Shown: positions 50,042 to 58,854 of the stretch, piece after piece
How the letters are laid out: each line of letters opens with the position of its first letter
How positions within the stretch are numbered: the first letter of the stretch is position 1
Source of the DNA: a virus
Virus record (IMG/VR): IMGVR_UViG_3300027859_000009
Span: 16,535-80,534 of that record
Strand: one strand, 5' to 3'
DNA length: 64,000 nucleotides
The notes under the pieces: model-generated
Seen by the model: the letters and a program-made list of their open reading frames with translations, nothing else
What the model was told of the DNA's origin: nothing
Databases searched by the model: none
Made by a program: the position numbers and the translations under genes

Positions 50042-50799
50042 CTGAAGAAATTAAAAGAGTTTATAAAGAAGACGGAAAACGTTTTTATGAAGTAACTCAA
50101 GAAGGTAAAGTTATAGCAACTTTACCATCCGTAACAACGGTTATGGGTTCTATGGCTGATAAGTCTGGTTTAGAAAAATGGCGACAAAAAGTAGGCGAAG
50201 AAGAAGCTGATAGAATCAGTAACCTTTCAATGAACAGGGGAACTATCATGCATCGACTTATAGAATTGTATAAACCTTTACCAGGTTCACCTCAAGAAAA
50301 GAGAGATTATTTAGAAGACACTGCAGCAAATGATACTGAAGTTTTAGAAATAACAGAACTTGAAAACGGTCAATTATATTACAATGAAGCTTGGAAAATG
50401 TTTGATAAGTTTTGGTACAATAATAGCAGATTTTTTGGAAAAGTTGATGAGGTTTTAGAATCAGAAAGATTTTTATGGACTGTTAAAGGAGGAGAGTTTG
50501 CTGGAACATTAGATAATGTTTCTAGGCTAAAAGATGGCACCGTAAAAATTATCGATTACAAAAATTCAAGAAGACCTAAAAGAAAAGAATGGATTCAAGA
50601 TTATTTCAGACAAACTGCAGCATATTGGGTTGCTTATTGGGATAGAACCGGAATAAAAGCCGATGGCGCCGAGATATGGATAGCAAATGAAATAGATTTA
50701 ACGCCACAGTGTTTTGAACTTACCAAAGAAGAATTAGAAATGTATTACAAAAGTTTTATGGATATTAGAAAAGATTTCCGTGAAAAATTTGGATATTAA
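50017..50799 (+). CDS. PD-(D/E)XK (Cas4/lambda-exo-like) exonuclease
   Basis: PSVTTV, W...VGEEEA, RGT..H, AGT.D, IIDYKNS, Q..AY; start may be ATG 50038. Confidence 0.85.
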   Translation: MAKFIFNMTEEIKRVYKEDGKRFYEVTQEGKVIATLPSVTTVMGSMADKSGLEKWRQKVGEEEADRISNLSMNRGTIMHRLIELYKPLPGSPQEKRDYLEDTAANDTEVLEITELENGQLYYNEAWKMFDKFWYNNSRFFGKVDEVLESERFLWTVKGGEFAGTLDNVSRLKDGTVKIIDYKNSRRPKRKEWIQDYFRQTAAYWVAYWDRTGIKADGAEIWIANEIDLTPQCFELTKEELEMYYKSFMDIRKDFREKFGY

Positions 50800-50833
50800 A
50801 ATAGATATATAAATTATTAAAAAAAATAGAACT

Positions 50834-51136
50834 ATGAATAAATTTGATAAATTTTTTGCAGAACACGGAATAAAAGTAATATGCGTACTTTTAGTCCTAA
50901 CTTACTTTAGAGCATGTTCAACTTCAAGATCTGTTGCTAGAGTAGATGAAGACATCGAAGTAGTAGACAAGAAAATTGAAAATATCAGAAAAGATTTTGA
51001 AAACAAAATAATCTCTGCGCCTGAAATGATAGACATTATTAAAAATACTCCAGCATGGAGAACTTTAGAAATAGAAGAATTAAGCGATAAAAATAGAATT
51101 CCTATCAATTCTTTCAAGAATAAAGAAGAAAACTAA
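50834..51136 (+). CDS. membrane-anchored late protein (possible lysis accessory)
   Basis: N-terminal TM ending RAC, coiled coil; late motif at 50804; same unit as endolysin. Confidence 0.45.
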   Translation: MNKFDKFFAEHGIKVICVLLVLTYFRACSTSRSVARVDEDIEVVDKKIENIRKDFENKIISAPEMIDIIKNTPAWRTLEIEELSDKNRIPINSFKNKEEN

Positions 51137-51750
51137 TGAAACCAAGCGTAGTAAGAAAATTTATTATAGGAATATTCTGTTCACTTTATATTCTAGTCTC
51201 TTTAATATCAACAGTTCATGTTATTGACTTTTTTGAAGTAGCTAATCCAAGTTGGATGGCAATAACTTTGGCAGTTGCTTTTGAAATAGGAGCAGCAGCA
51301 TCTTTAGCGTCTCTAGTTATTTTAGATAAGATGAATAAAACTTTAGTGTGGGCTCTTTTCATTGCTATTACACTTATGCAAATGCAGGGAAATCTCTATC
51401 ATGCATTTACACATTTAGGAGATTACAGTCAATGGTCAGAACTTTTTTGGTTATCTGAAGAAGAACCCTTATTTCAAAAAAGAGTATTTTCACTAGTTGC
51501 CGCAGGTATTTTACCATTAGTTGCATTAGGTTTTATTAAGTCTTTAGTAGATTATATTAAACCAGGAGAAACTGAAGAACTTAAAGAAGATTTAGACGAT
51601 ATTTTAGACCCTCCGGGCAATCCAGAATATATTCCGCATGATTTTGAATTATATCAAGAAGAATCTGAAATAGACCCCCTAGATGCTGCTACCAAGAAAA
51701 ATGAAGATGATAAAAAATCTGAAATTTTAAAAGGAGAGGATGATAAATGA
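51136..51750 (+). CDS. four-TM membrane protein (possible holin-type)
   Basis: Four hydrophobic segments plus acidic tail. Confidence 0.5.
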   Translation: MKPSVVRKFIIGIFCSLYILVSLISTVHVIDFFEVANPSWMAITLAVAFEIGAAASLASLVILDKMNKTLVWALFIAITLMQMQGNLYHAFTHLGDYSQWSELFWLSEEEPLFQKRVFSLVAAGILPLVALGFIKSLVDYIKPGETEELKEDLDDILDPPGNPEYIPHDFELYQEESEIDPLDAATKKNEDDKKSEILKGEDDK

Positions 51751-52156
51751 TATAAAATTTCAATTACCTAGTCTTTATATAACTAAGCCGATTGAATGTA
51801 CTTCTTTAGAAAATATAAAAAATGAGAACTTTAATGTTATCAAAAGAATTTATATGATTAAAAATGAAGTAAACCCTGAATATTATTTTATGGAACTGGA
51901 TATTTCTTCCGGGTTTACTTTATCTGCAAAAATAATACCTAATTATGTCATAGTAGGAAACGCAGCCAAGCAACTAAAAAAAGCAAAAATTAAAAATAAA
52001 AGTGACCTGTCTCCCTATTTTAAAATAAAAGCAGCCTTATATAAAATAAATGAATATGAAAATATTTGGGAGTTTTCTCATATTACTAAAAAAGAAAGCG
52101 AAATATATAAAATAATAAAACAAATAAAAAAACAAATTCCACATGAGCTCAAATAA
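51740..52156 (+). CDS. hypothetical protein
   Basis: Coupled ORF. Confidence 0.5.
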   Translation: MINDIKFQLPSLYITKPIECTSLENIKNENFNVIKRIYMIKNEVNPEYYFMELDISSGFTLSAKIIPNYVIVGNAAKQLKKAKIKNKSDLSPYFKIKAALYKINEYENIWEFSHITKKESEIYKIIKQIKKQIPHELK

Positions 52157-53048
52157 TGTAATTTTAAAATTTGGAAGCACTGGAGAACTAGTAGGTATAT
52201 TACAGGGAATCTTAAATATTACTGTAGATAATCACTTTGGTAAATTAACACATGTCGCAGTTACAAAATTCCAAAAATCAAAAAATTTAGTAGCAGATGG
52301 TATTGTAGGACCTCTTACATGGAAAACATTAGGATATAGTCCTTTAGAATTTGAACTAGATACTGATAGGTCTACTTACGAGAACTGGATTGAAAAATAC
52401 CACCTTCCTAAAGGAGAATATATTCATAAAATAACTAATAAAGAATGGATAATGCTTCACCATACTGCAGGTAGAGAAAACCCGTATAGAACAGTAGATG
52501 GCTGGGCAAGAGATAGTAGAGGTAGAGTAGGCACCAATTACGTTATCGGAGGAGTATCTACTAATGGAAAAAATACAAAAGATGATGGAAGAGTTTTAAG
52601 AGCGATAGATGACGAATATTTTGGTTGGCATATAGGTAACGGAGGAATTTATGCTCTTAAAGAAAAGTCTTTAAGTATAGAAGTTTGTAGTGCTGGTGGA
52701 TTAAAACAAAAAAATGGAAAATGGTATACTTGGTTTAAAGAAGAAGTAGACCCTAGTCAAGTATGTATTTTAGATGAACCGTTTAGAGGATATAAGGCAT
52801 TTCATAAATATTCAGAAGAACAAATAAAGTCATTAAAAGCTCTTTTAATATTCCTAGGAGAAAAACATGGTATCGATATAAAACAAGGAATGTCAGCAAT
52901 GCTTCATTCAAACGTTAATGCATTTGAATGGAACAAAGGAGTATGTGAAGGTAAAATAAAAGGAATCATAAATCATACAAATATCAGAAAAGATAAAAGT
53001 GACATGTTTCCACAGCCAGAACTTATAGAAATGCTATTAAGTCTTTGA
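52143..53048 (+). CDS. endolysin: peptidoglycan-binding domain plus N-acetylmuramoyl-L-alanine amidase
   Basis: FQ....L.ADGIVGP.TW; LHHTAG, WH, SIEVC, H...RKDKSD. Confidence 0.9.
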   Translation: MSSNNVILKFGSTGELVGILQGILNITVDNHFGKLTHVAVTKFQKSKNLVADGIVGPLTWKTLGYSPLEFELDTDRSTYENWIEKYHLPKGEYIHKITNKEWIMLHHTAGRENPYRTVDGWARDSRGRVGTNYVIGGVSTNGKNTKDDGRVLRAIDDEYFGWHIGNGGIYALKEKSLSIEVCSAGGLKQKNGKWYTWFKEEVDPSQVCILDEPFRGYKAFHKYSEEQIKSLKALLIFLGEKHGIDIKQGMSAMLHSNVNAFEWNKGVCEGKIKGIINHTNIRKDKSDMFPQPELIEMLLSL

Positions 53049-53073
53049 AACTAATTAAATAAACCTTATATAA
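53048..53073 (+). promoter_or_regulatory. class II promoter
   Basis: AAAC-N17-TATAA. Confidence 0.6.
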
Positions 53074-53078
53074 TATTT

Positions 53079-53273
53079 ATGGAAAATAAAGAAATGACAT
53101 TACAGGAAGCAGTAAGAGTTCTACATCAAGTTGCAGAATTAGCTCAAAAAGCTGGAATACTTTCGATGCAGGATGCAGCATTAACATTTAGCGCAGTAAA
53201 TATAACTACTAAAGAAATATTGACAGAACTGAATACTGACAAAAAAAGTGACGAGGCGATAGCTGAAGCATGA
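53079..53273 (+). CDS. hypothetical protein
   Basis: A..VL.Q.AE.AQK.G.L...DA. Confidence 0.6.
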   Translation: MENKEMTLQEAVRVLHQVAELAQKAGILSMQDAALTFSAVNITTKEILTELNTDKKSDEAIAEA

Positions 53274-53467
53274 ACCAGGAAGTTAAAGAAATATTAGATA
53301 AGATTCAAGTTCTTAAAAAAGAGCTTGAATCTATTCAGAAAAAATGTACTCATGAAGAATATTCAGTCGAGTTAATAGATGGTAGTTTAATAAGGATATG
53401 TCGCTTCTGTAAAAAAAATATAGGATACGCAAACCAAGAAGACTTAGAAGGATCTGGATATATATAA
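53270..53467 (+). CDS. small zinc-binding-like protein
   Basis: C.H...C..C. Confidence 0.55.
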   Translation: MNQEVKEILDKIQVLKKELESIQKKCTHEEYSVELIDGSLIRICRFCKKNIGYANQEDLEGSGYI

Positions 53468-53478
53468 AAAATCACATT

Positions 53479-53766
53479 ATGAAAAATAATATAAACAAAT
53501 TTTTAGAACTTTTTTCAGACTTTGATTTGGTAGTTACTAAATCTGGAAAATACTCAGAATCAGATGAATATTACAAATCATTGGTAGAAACAGAATTAAA
53601 TCTTTCAGTTCAAGACCTTAAAAAAAGTATTAAGAGATTAGAAAAAGAATATTCTGCGGCTAAAAAAGCTTGGAAAGCCGGAAAACTACAAAGAGAAGAG
53701 CTTTATGATTATGAATGGAGGTTATTTGAGTTAAAAGAAGAACTCAAAAAAATTCAAGGAGAATGA
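53479..53766 (+). CDS. hypothetical late protein
   Basis: Late motif at 53457. Confidence 0.55.
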   Translation: MKNNINKFLELFSDFDLVVTKSGKYSESDEYYKSLVETELNLSVQDLKKSIKRLEKEYSAAKKAWKAGKLQREELYDYEWRLFELKEELKKIQGE

Positions 53767-54071
53767 AAGACCTAGTGGCAAATCACATTATAGAGTGGGC
53801 AATTGTTGCATTTTCTGCGTTTTTAGGATTTGCATTAAAAGATTTAATACAAAACTTTTTTGTAGGTCTTCAATTTTTATGGGGCCATGATTTTGATGTA
53901 GACGATATCGTATACATTAAAGGTAATAAAAAGGCAAGAATAGTCAGACAAAATATATGGAAAACAACATTTTATGTTTTTCCACATCAAAGAAAATTTA
54001 TTATTCCAAACTCTCTGCTTTGGAAGCTAGATATAGAAAAACAATTACCTTTAAATAACGACTCAAAATGA
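53763..54071 (+). CDS. minimal MscS-like mechanosensitive channel protein
   Basis: GFALKDLIQNFFVGL...F.V.D.V.I.G.....T.......IPNS. Confidence 0.7.
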   Translation: MKDLVANHIIEWAIVAFSAFLGFALKDLIQNFFVGLQFLWGHDFDVDDIVYIKGNKKARIVRQNIWKTTFYVFPHQRKFIIPNSLLWKLDIEKQLPLNNDSK

Positions 54072-54340
54072 CAGATTCATTAATTTATGGCTTTTTTGCA
54101 GCCTTTCTTTTAATATTTTTAAATTATACAGTTCTTAAAATATACAAGCAATTTCCAACTTATGGAATTGCACTTGTATGGGGAAGCTTAGGTGTAAAAC
54201 TTTTATTTATTTCTGCGTTTACAATTTTAATACAAGTTTCTATTAAAGAGCCTATAATTTATGCTTTTACTATTTTAGCGGGTATATTATTTTCAAATGT
54301 TCAAACTTTATTAACTTTAAAGAAAAACGGTGATATATAA
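54068..54340 (+). CDS. three-TM membrane protein
   Basis: Hydrophobic throughout. Confidence 0.55.
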   Translation: MTDSLIYGFFAAFLLIFLNYTVLKIYKQFPTYGIALVWGSLGVKLLFISAFTILIQVSIKEPIIYAFTILAGILFSNVQTLLTLKKNGDI

Positions 54341-54346
54341 ACCGTT

Positions 54347-54934
54347 ATGAGCCCAAACGAGTTAAACGAAGCGAAACCTTATAAAGATTCCGGAAAAATA
54401 TTAGTTTTTGACCTAGACGATACTATAATTGTATCAGCAGCAAGAATATGGGTTACTAATAAATCAACCGGAGAAAAGTTCTCTCTAACTCCAGAAGAAT
54501 TTAATTCATTTCAAAAAAAGCCAAATCAAGTTTTAAATTTTGATGAATTTCAAAGTTTAGAAATTATGAAAGCAGGTAAGCTAATTAATTATTATTTTAA
54601 AATATTTAAAGAAGCATATAGAAATAAAATTGCAATTGCCATTGTAACTGCAAGAGATGACCATAGAATGATTTATAGATGGTTGAAAGAGCACTTAAAA
54701 CACCCAATAGATTCAGATCTGGTTTTTGCAGTAAACGATAATGGACATCATAGATTTAAAGGAGATATTGCAGATCGTAAAAAAGAAGCATTTAGAGAAA
54801 TTATTGCAAAGGGTTTTGATGATTTGCAGTTTTACGATGACGATGACGCTAACTTAAGACTAGTGAAATCTTTAGAAGATGAATATCCAGACATAAATAT
54901 TTCTACAATTAAAGCAAAAAAATATCATAGATAA
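54347..54934 (+). CDS. HAD-family phosphatase (PNK 3'-phosphatase-like)
   Basis: VFDLDDT, IVTAR, K, FYDDD motifs. Confidence 0.75.
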   Translation: MSPNELNEAKPYKDSGKILVFDLDDTIIVSAARIWVTNKSTGEKFSLTPEEFNSFQKKPNQVLNFDEFQSLEIMKAGKLINYYFKIFKEAYRNKIAIAIVTARDDHRMIYRWLKEHLKHPIDSDLVFAVNDNGHHRFKGDIADRKKEAFREIIAKGFDDLQFYDDDDANLRLVKSLEDEYPDINISTIKAKKYHR

Positions 54935-54994
54935 AGAAACTTTCTGAAATTCTTTGATATATAAATTAATAAACCCTAAAAACATTTATTAAAG

Positions 54995-55165
54995 ATGGAC
55001 AGAATTTCAGAAGCCAAAACTTCTGAAATGAAACCAATTCAACCTCAAGAGGAGTTTGAAAAAACCTTACAACAGGAAGATATTTTCAGTATCTTCTTAA
55101 GCGAAGGTACAGATGATGAATCAGATGATGAAATGTTTCTTTTCGGAGTAGGTGGCCCAGCTTAA
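54995..55165 (+). CDS. small acidic protein (56 aa)
   Basis: Hand-translated MDRISEAKTS...DDESDDEMFLFGVGGPA; own promoter (54937-54963) and terminator. Confidence 0.6.
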   Translation: MDRISEAKTSEMKPIQPQEEFEKTLQQEDIFSIFLSEGTDDESDDEMFLFGVGGPA

Positions 55166-55171
55166 AACATT

Positions 55172-55195
55172 AAGGACTCTAAGGAGTCCTTTTTT
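55172..55195 (+). terminator. intrinsic terminator
   Basis: AAGGACTC-TAAG-GAGTCCTTTTTT. Confidence 0.85.
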
Positions 55196-55249
55196 ATTAA
55201 ATCCGTGTTAACAAAAACAATAACATTTTATTAAGAATTAAATCTACTT

Positions 55250-55308
55250 CAGATTTTTTTATGTCGTTTTTTATTCTTATATTTATAGTATATTAAAAAC
55301 GATATATA
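55250..55308 (+). promoter_or_regulatory. tandem class I and class III promoters upstream of CCA-adding enzyme
   Basis: CAGATTTTTTTATGTCG...TATATTTATA followed by GATATATA at 55301. Confidence 0.75.
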
Positions 55309-55312
55309 ATTT

Positions 55313-56467
55313 ATGAGAATTAAGCCAATAAACGAATTCATGAACATTTTAGAAGCACAGCAAAATTTAAAGTTGAATGTACCAAAAGATGTTAAAGACC
55401 TTCATAAACTTTTTAAGAAGAATAAAAGGGAATTGTACATTGTTGGAGGAGCTGTTCGAGATGCCCTTCTTGGTCAAAAACCAAAAGACTTTGATTTAGC
55501 AACTGATGCTAAACCGGATGAGGTTGTAAAAATATTAAAATCCGGAGGAATTCCTACAATTGGAGAAGTTGGCCAGCAATTTGGTGTAGTTATTGCAAAA
55601 ACACCAAGTTTTGCAGAAGGAATGGAAATTGCTACATTCAGAGAAGACATTGGAAAGGGTAGAAGACCTGACGCTGTAGAATACTCAACAATAGATAAAG
55701 ATGTTCTTAGAAGAGACCTTACAATTAACGCACTTTTTTACGATATTGAAAGTCAAGAAGTAGTTGACCTAGTAGGAGGAGTTGCAGATATTCAAAGTAA
55801 CACTATTAGAACAGTTGGTAGGGCACAAGAAAGATTTGATGAAGACCCTCTTAGAAAATTAAGAGCATTAAGATTTGCAGGTAGAACAGGAAGTAAACTT
55901 GAAAAAAATACAGCCGAGGCTATTATCAGCGATAACAGTTTAGAAGATATTAGTAGTGAAAGAATTAGAGACGAGTTTAAGAAATCTGTAGAAAGCGCAA
56001 AGTCAGCTAGATTTTACTTAGATATGGTTTCAGAATTTAGTCTTTGGGGAGTAATGTTTCCAGGTTTAGAAATCAATAAAACTTTCTTAGATACTAACAA
56101 TTGGCTTTTACAAATAACACAGTTATTTGGAGATAATCAAGAAGAACTTCTTAAAAAAGAATTAAATAAGATGTCTTTTTCAAATCAAGAAATAGATACA
56201 ATTGTATTCTTTAAAAGATTTTTAGAACTTAAACCAGAAAATGCATTTCAATTAAATAAAGAATGGAAAATTGTAAAACTTGATAAAAAATTACTATTAG
56301 AATTTTCTAAGATAAATAAATTAGATATTAAATTAGTAAAAACATTCCTTAAATATAAACCTTCTACAAACGGAGGCCAAGTTATGAAAGAATTTGGTAT
56401 TAAAGGTTCTGCAATTGGAGATAAAATAAAAGAAATAGAAACCGAAAAATTTAAACAATTATTATGA
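55313..56467 (+). CDS. cca: class II tRNA nucleotidyltransferase (CCA-adding / poly(A) polymerase family)
   Basis: VGGAVRD.LLG..PKDFDLAT, EIATFR, RRDLTINAL, RFDEDPLR.LR.LRF, SSERI..E. Confidence 0.9.
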   Translation: MRIKPINEFMNILEAQQNLKLNVPKDVKDLHKLFKKNKRELYIVGGAVRDALLGQKPKDFDLATDAKPDEVVKILKSGGIPTIGEVGQQFGVVIAKTPSFAEGMEIATFREDIGKGRRPDAVEYSTIDKDVLRRDLTINALFYDIESQEVVDLVGGVADIQSNTIRTVGRAQERFDEDPLRKLRALRFAGRTGSKLEKNTAEAIISDNSLEDISSERIRDEFKKSVESAKSARFYLDMVSEFSLWGVMFPGLEINKTFLDTNNWLLQITQLFGDNQEELLKKELNKMSFSNQEIDTIVFFKRFLELKPENAFQLNKEWKIVKLDKKLLLEFSKINKLDIKLVKTFLKYKPSTNGGQVMKEFGIKGSAIGDKIKEIETEKFKQLL

Positions 56468-56868
56468 AACAGCAGTGGAAAGAAATATTTGAAGAAACCT
56501 TAAATGAATCAGGCTTTTTTGGAATTTTTAAAAAGAGAAAGAAAGAAATAGCAAAAGAGAAGCCTATAGATTATAACCCTAATAAAATAGGATATGACCA
56601 TCCTGACTTTGAAGAAGAATTTCCTGGTTTTGCAAAAAACCCTGAAGAAAGAATCGAAAAGGCATTCAAAACTCTTCAGGCAGCTGAAAATAAAATGTCC
56701 GGTCCGATGAACGAGATGGAAATCGATCTTCATGAAATACGAGAAATGTTTGCTCAACAGGATATGGTTAATGGAAATTCGGCAAATGCTAAATATATTT
56801 TAGAAATAGATAAGTTTCTTAAAGAACATGAATCATTTTGGTTTAAAATAAGAAAAGGAATTTGGTAA
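56464..56868 (+). CDS. hypothetical protein (LNES motif near N-terminus)
   Basis: Coupled to cca. Confidence 0.55.
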   Translation: MKQQWKEIFEETLNESGFFGIFKKRKKEIAKEKPIDYNPNKIGYDHPDFEEEFPGFAKNPEERIEKAFKTLQAAENKMSGPMNEMEIDLHEIREMFAQQDMVNGNSANAKYILEIDKFLKEHESFWFKIRKGIW

Positions 56869-56869
56869 T

Positions 56870-57490
56870 ATGAAATATTTAAAAGAATTTGCAGCTTTTT
56901 CAAAGCAAGGAAAGCATTTAGTAGACACTTCAACAGGACTTCCTTTAAAGGCATTATCATTAGATGCCGTAAACGATAACATCACTATCTTTTTTAATGA
57001 AAAACAAAACATCATGTTTCCAGCCGGAAAAATATTAGCATATTTCCATGATGAAAAATGGTTACCTTTATACGATGAAGGTAAAGCTGGAATTTTGATG
57101 TTTAACCCGATGAGGGGAAGTCTTAGTCAATATGGTGCATCACCTATCACAGATATTTGGAAAAAGAGTTATAATAAAAGAATTGAAAATTCAGAAATGA
57201 TATGGTCTTGTATAGAAGGACAAATAGTTGATGGATATCTTATTATTGAAATGATGAGTACCAGACCAGGTTATAAGAGAAATAGCATTAATAAGAAAAT
57301 GTTAGATGCTATCGTTAAAGACCATAAAGAGCCACTCGTTTGGGACTCTCCAACTGAAGACGGACTTAAATTCATAAAAAGTTATAGCGGAGATGATGCT
57401 AAGTTTTGGTTTTCTGGCAACTACGGAAGGCCAAAGAACTTTTTAAAATTGTACCCCGATGGGGAAGAAAGAGTAATAAAATTTGATTAA
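56870..57490 (+). CDS. GNAT-fold-like protein
   Basis: IEMMSTRPGYKRNSI..KML and TEDG..F resemble acetyl-CoA-binding motifs; MKYLKEF N-terminus. Confidence 0.45.
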   Translation: MKYLKEFAAFSKQGKHLVDTSTGLPLKALSLDAVNDNITIFFNEKQNIMFPAGKILAYFHDEKWLPLYDEGKAGILMFNPMRGSLSQYGASPITDIWKKSYNKRIENSEMIWSCIEGQIVDGYLIIEMMSTRPGYKRNSINKKMLDAIVKDHKEPLVWDSPTEDGLKFIKSYSGDDAKFWFSGNYGRPKNFLKLYPDGEERVIKFD

Positions 57491-57530
57491 TGTAAAACTT
57501 TTTTTAATCTGGTGCGAAAATAATTCACAC

Positions 57531-57573
57531 CAGATTTTTTTATGTCGTTTATTTTTCTTATATTTATACTATA
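57531..57573 (+). promoter_or_regulatory. class I promoter repeat with upstream inverted repeat
   Basis: Motif preceded by AATCTGGTG...CACCAGATT. Confidence 0.8.
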
Positions 57574-57596
57574 ATTAATTAATCAAAACAATAGAA

Positions 57597-57812
57597 ATGA
57601 TTAGAAAGAAACAACCCAAAAGAGAAATCATCATAGACCTAACAGGTCCAGATGGAAATGCATTTGTACTAATTGGAAAAGCGATGAGATTTGCAAGTCA
57701 ATTAGGTTTAGATGGAAATAGTATTAAAGAAGAAATGATGTCAGGAGATTATGAAAACCTTTTAGAGGTATTTGATAAAAACTTCGGTCACTTCGTAATT
57801 TTAGAAAGATAA
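57597..57812 (+). CDS. conserved small phage protein
   Basis: IDLTGPDGNAF.L.G...EMMSGDY..LL..F. Confidence 0.7.
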   Translation: MIRKKQPKREIIIDLTGPDGNAFVLIGKAMRFASQLGLDGNSIKEEMMSGDYENLLEVFDKNFGHFVILER

Positions 57813-57829
57813 TTTAAAAACAAATAAAA

Positions 57830-58018
57830 ATGATAAATTCAAGATTAGTATCAGTAGAAGAGAGACAATCTATTTTAGATCGAATTCAAATCGCATTAGT
57901 AGTTGGTAATTATCCGACTTCAGCTAACGACCCTCTTATGAAAGATTTACAAAGGTTGATAACAGATGCAACTGAAAAAGTAATTAGTAAACAACTAGAA
58001 AAATTAAAAACCAAATAA
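57830..58018 (+). CDS. hypothetical protein
   Basis: Small ORF. Confidence 0.55.
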   Translation: MINSRLVSVEERQSILDRIQIALVVGNYPTSANDPLMKDLQRLITDATEKVISKQLEKLKTK

Positions 58019-58029
58019 AAACAGAAACC

Positions 58030-58188
58030 ATGAAAAAAGAAACCATGAAAAAAGAAACCATGACAAAAGAAGAAATAAGATTAAACCATTCTATTTTTAA
58101 TTTTTTAAACAATTTAGTTAAGAAATATCCTAATGACGCAGATCTTGGTGAAGCTATCAGGGAAATATGGATTAATCCATCAAAATAA
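58030..58188 (+). CDS. small protein with YPND.DLG..IR motif; three tandem 15-bp repeats give alternative starts
   Basis: (AGAAACCATGA(A/C)AAA)x3 at 58023-58067. Confidence 0.55.
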   Translation: MKKETMKKETMTKEEIRLNHSIFNFLNNLVKKYPNDADLGEAIREIWINPSK

Positions 58189-58205
58189 ATTGTTAATAAC
58201 TTTTT

Positions 58206-58273
58206 AATCTGGAGTGAAAATAAATCACTCCAGATTTTTTTATATCGTTTATTATGATTATATTTATACTGTA
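58206..58273 (+). promoter_or_regulatory. class I promoter repeat with perfect 12-bp inverted repeat
   Basis: AATCTGGAGTGA-AAATAAA-TCACTCCAGATT then TTTTTATATCG...TATATTTATACT. Confidence 0.8.
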
Positions 58274-58307
58274 GTTAATTAATAATAACCTTTAAAAAAT
58301 ATAAAAT

Positions 58308-58817
58308 ATGAAAAATTTACTTAATAAAAATCGAATCTTTAAAAAATCTGAAATCGTAGACAAATACTACGCTAACATAGATGGTGTAAAAACCTATTTA
58401 ACTCCTGCTAATCGCGGAGAAGCTCCATTCTTAGACCATTATAAAGACTTAATGGCTGCTAAGTCTACTATACGTAGAGCTGCCGATCAATGGATGGCTG
58501 TTAAGCCTAAAAGAGTTAAAGTAACTCAAAAAGAAGTTGAGAGTGCTTTATTACGTCTTTGGTTTAAAAATATAACTGAAGAAATCTCAAAAGAAGATTG
58601 GGCTTCTGAAATGAAGTCTTTATTTCCTTATGTAACTACTTACTCTGGTTGGAAAGGAATTGTATCTAGAATGTATACACTTTTATGGTTTGCATATTCT
58701 CAATCTTCTGCTGTTAGAGATGGAGATACTTCTAACTATGGATATCGTCTCCATTATAAGACATTTGAATCTTTCCATACTAGTTATAAAAAATATGAAA
58801 ATGTTGGACAGTGTTAA
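58308..58817 (+). CDS. hypothetical early protein
   Basis: Follows class I promoter. Confidence 0.65.
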   Translation: MKNLLNKNRIFKKSEIVDKYYANIDGVKTYLTPANRGEAPFLDHYKDLMAAKSTIRRAADQWMAVKPKRVKVTQKEVESALLRLWFKNITEEISKEDWASEMKSLFPYVTTYSGWKGIVSRMYTLLWFAYSQSSAVRDGDTSNYGYRLHYKTFESFHTSYKKYENVGQC

Positions 58818-58854
58818 TAACATTGTTCATAACTTGTTCATAACTTTATGGCAC

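Noticed and set aside
50017-50799. Cas4 as part of a CRISPR-Cas locus
   Set aside because: No array, no other cas genes and no Fe-S cysteines; stand-alone exonucleases of this type are common in phages
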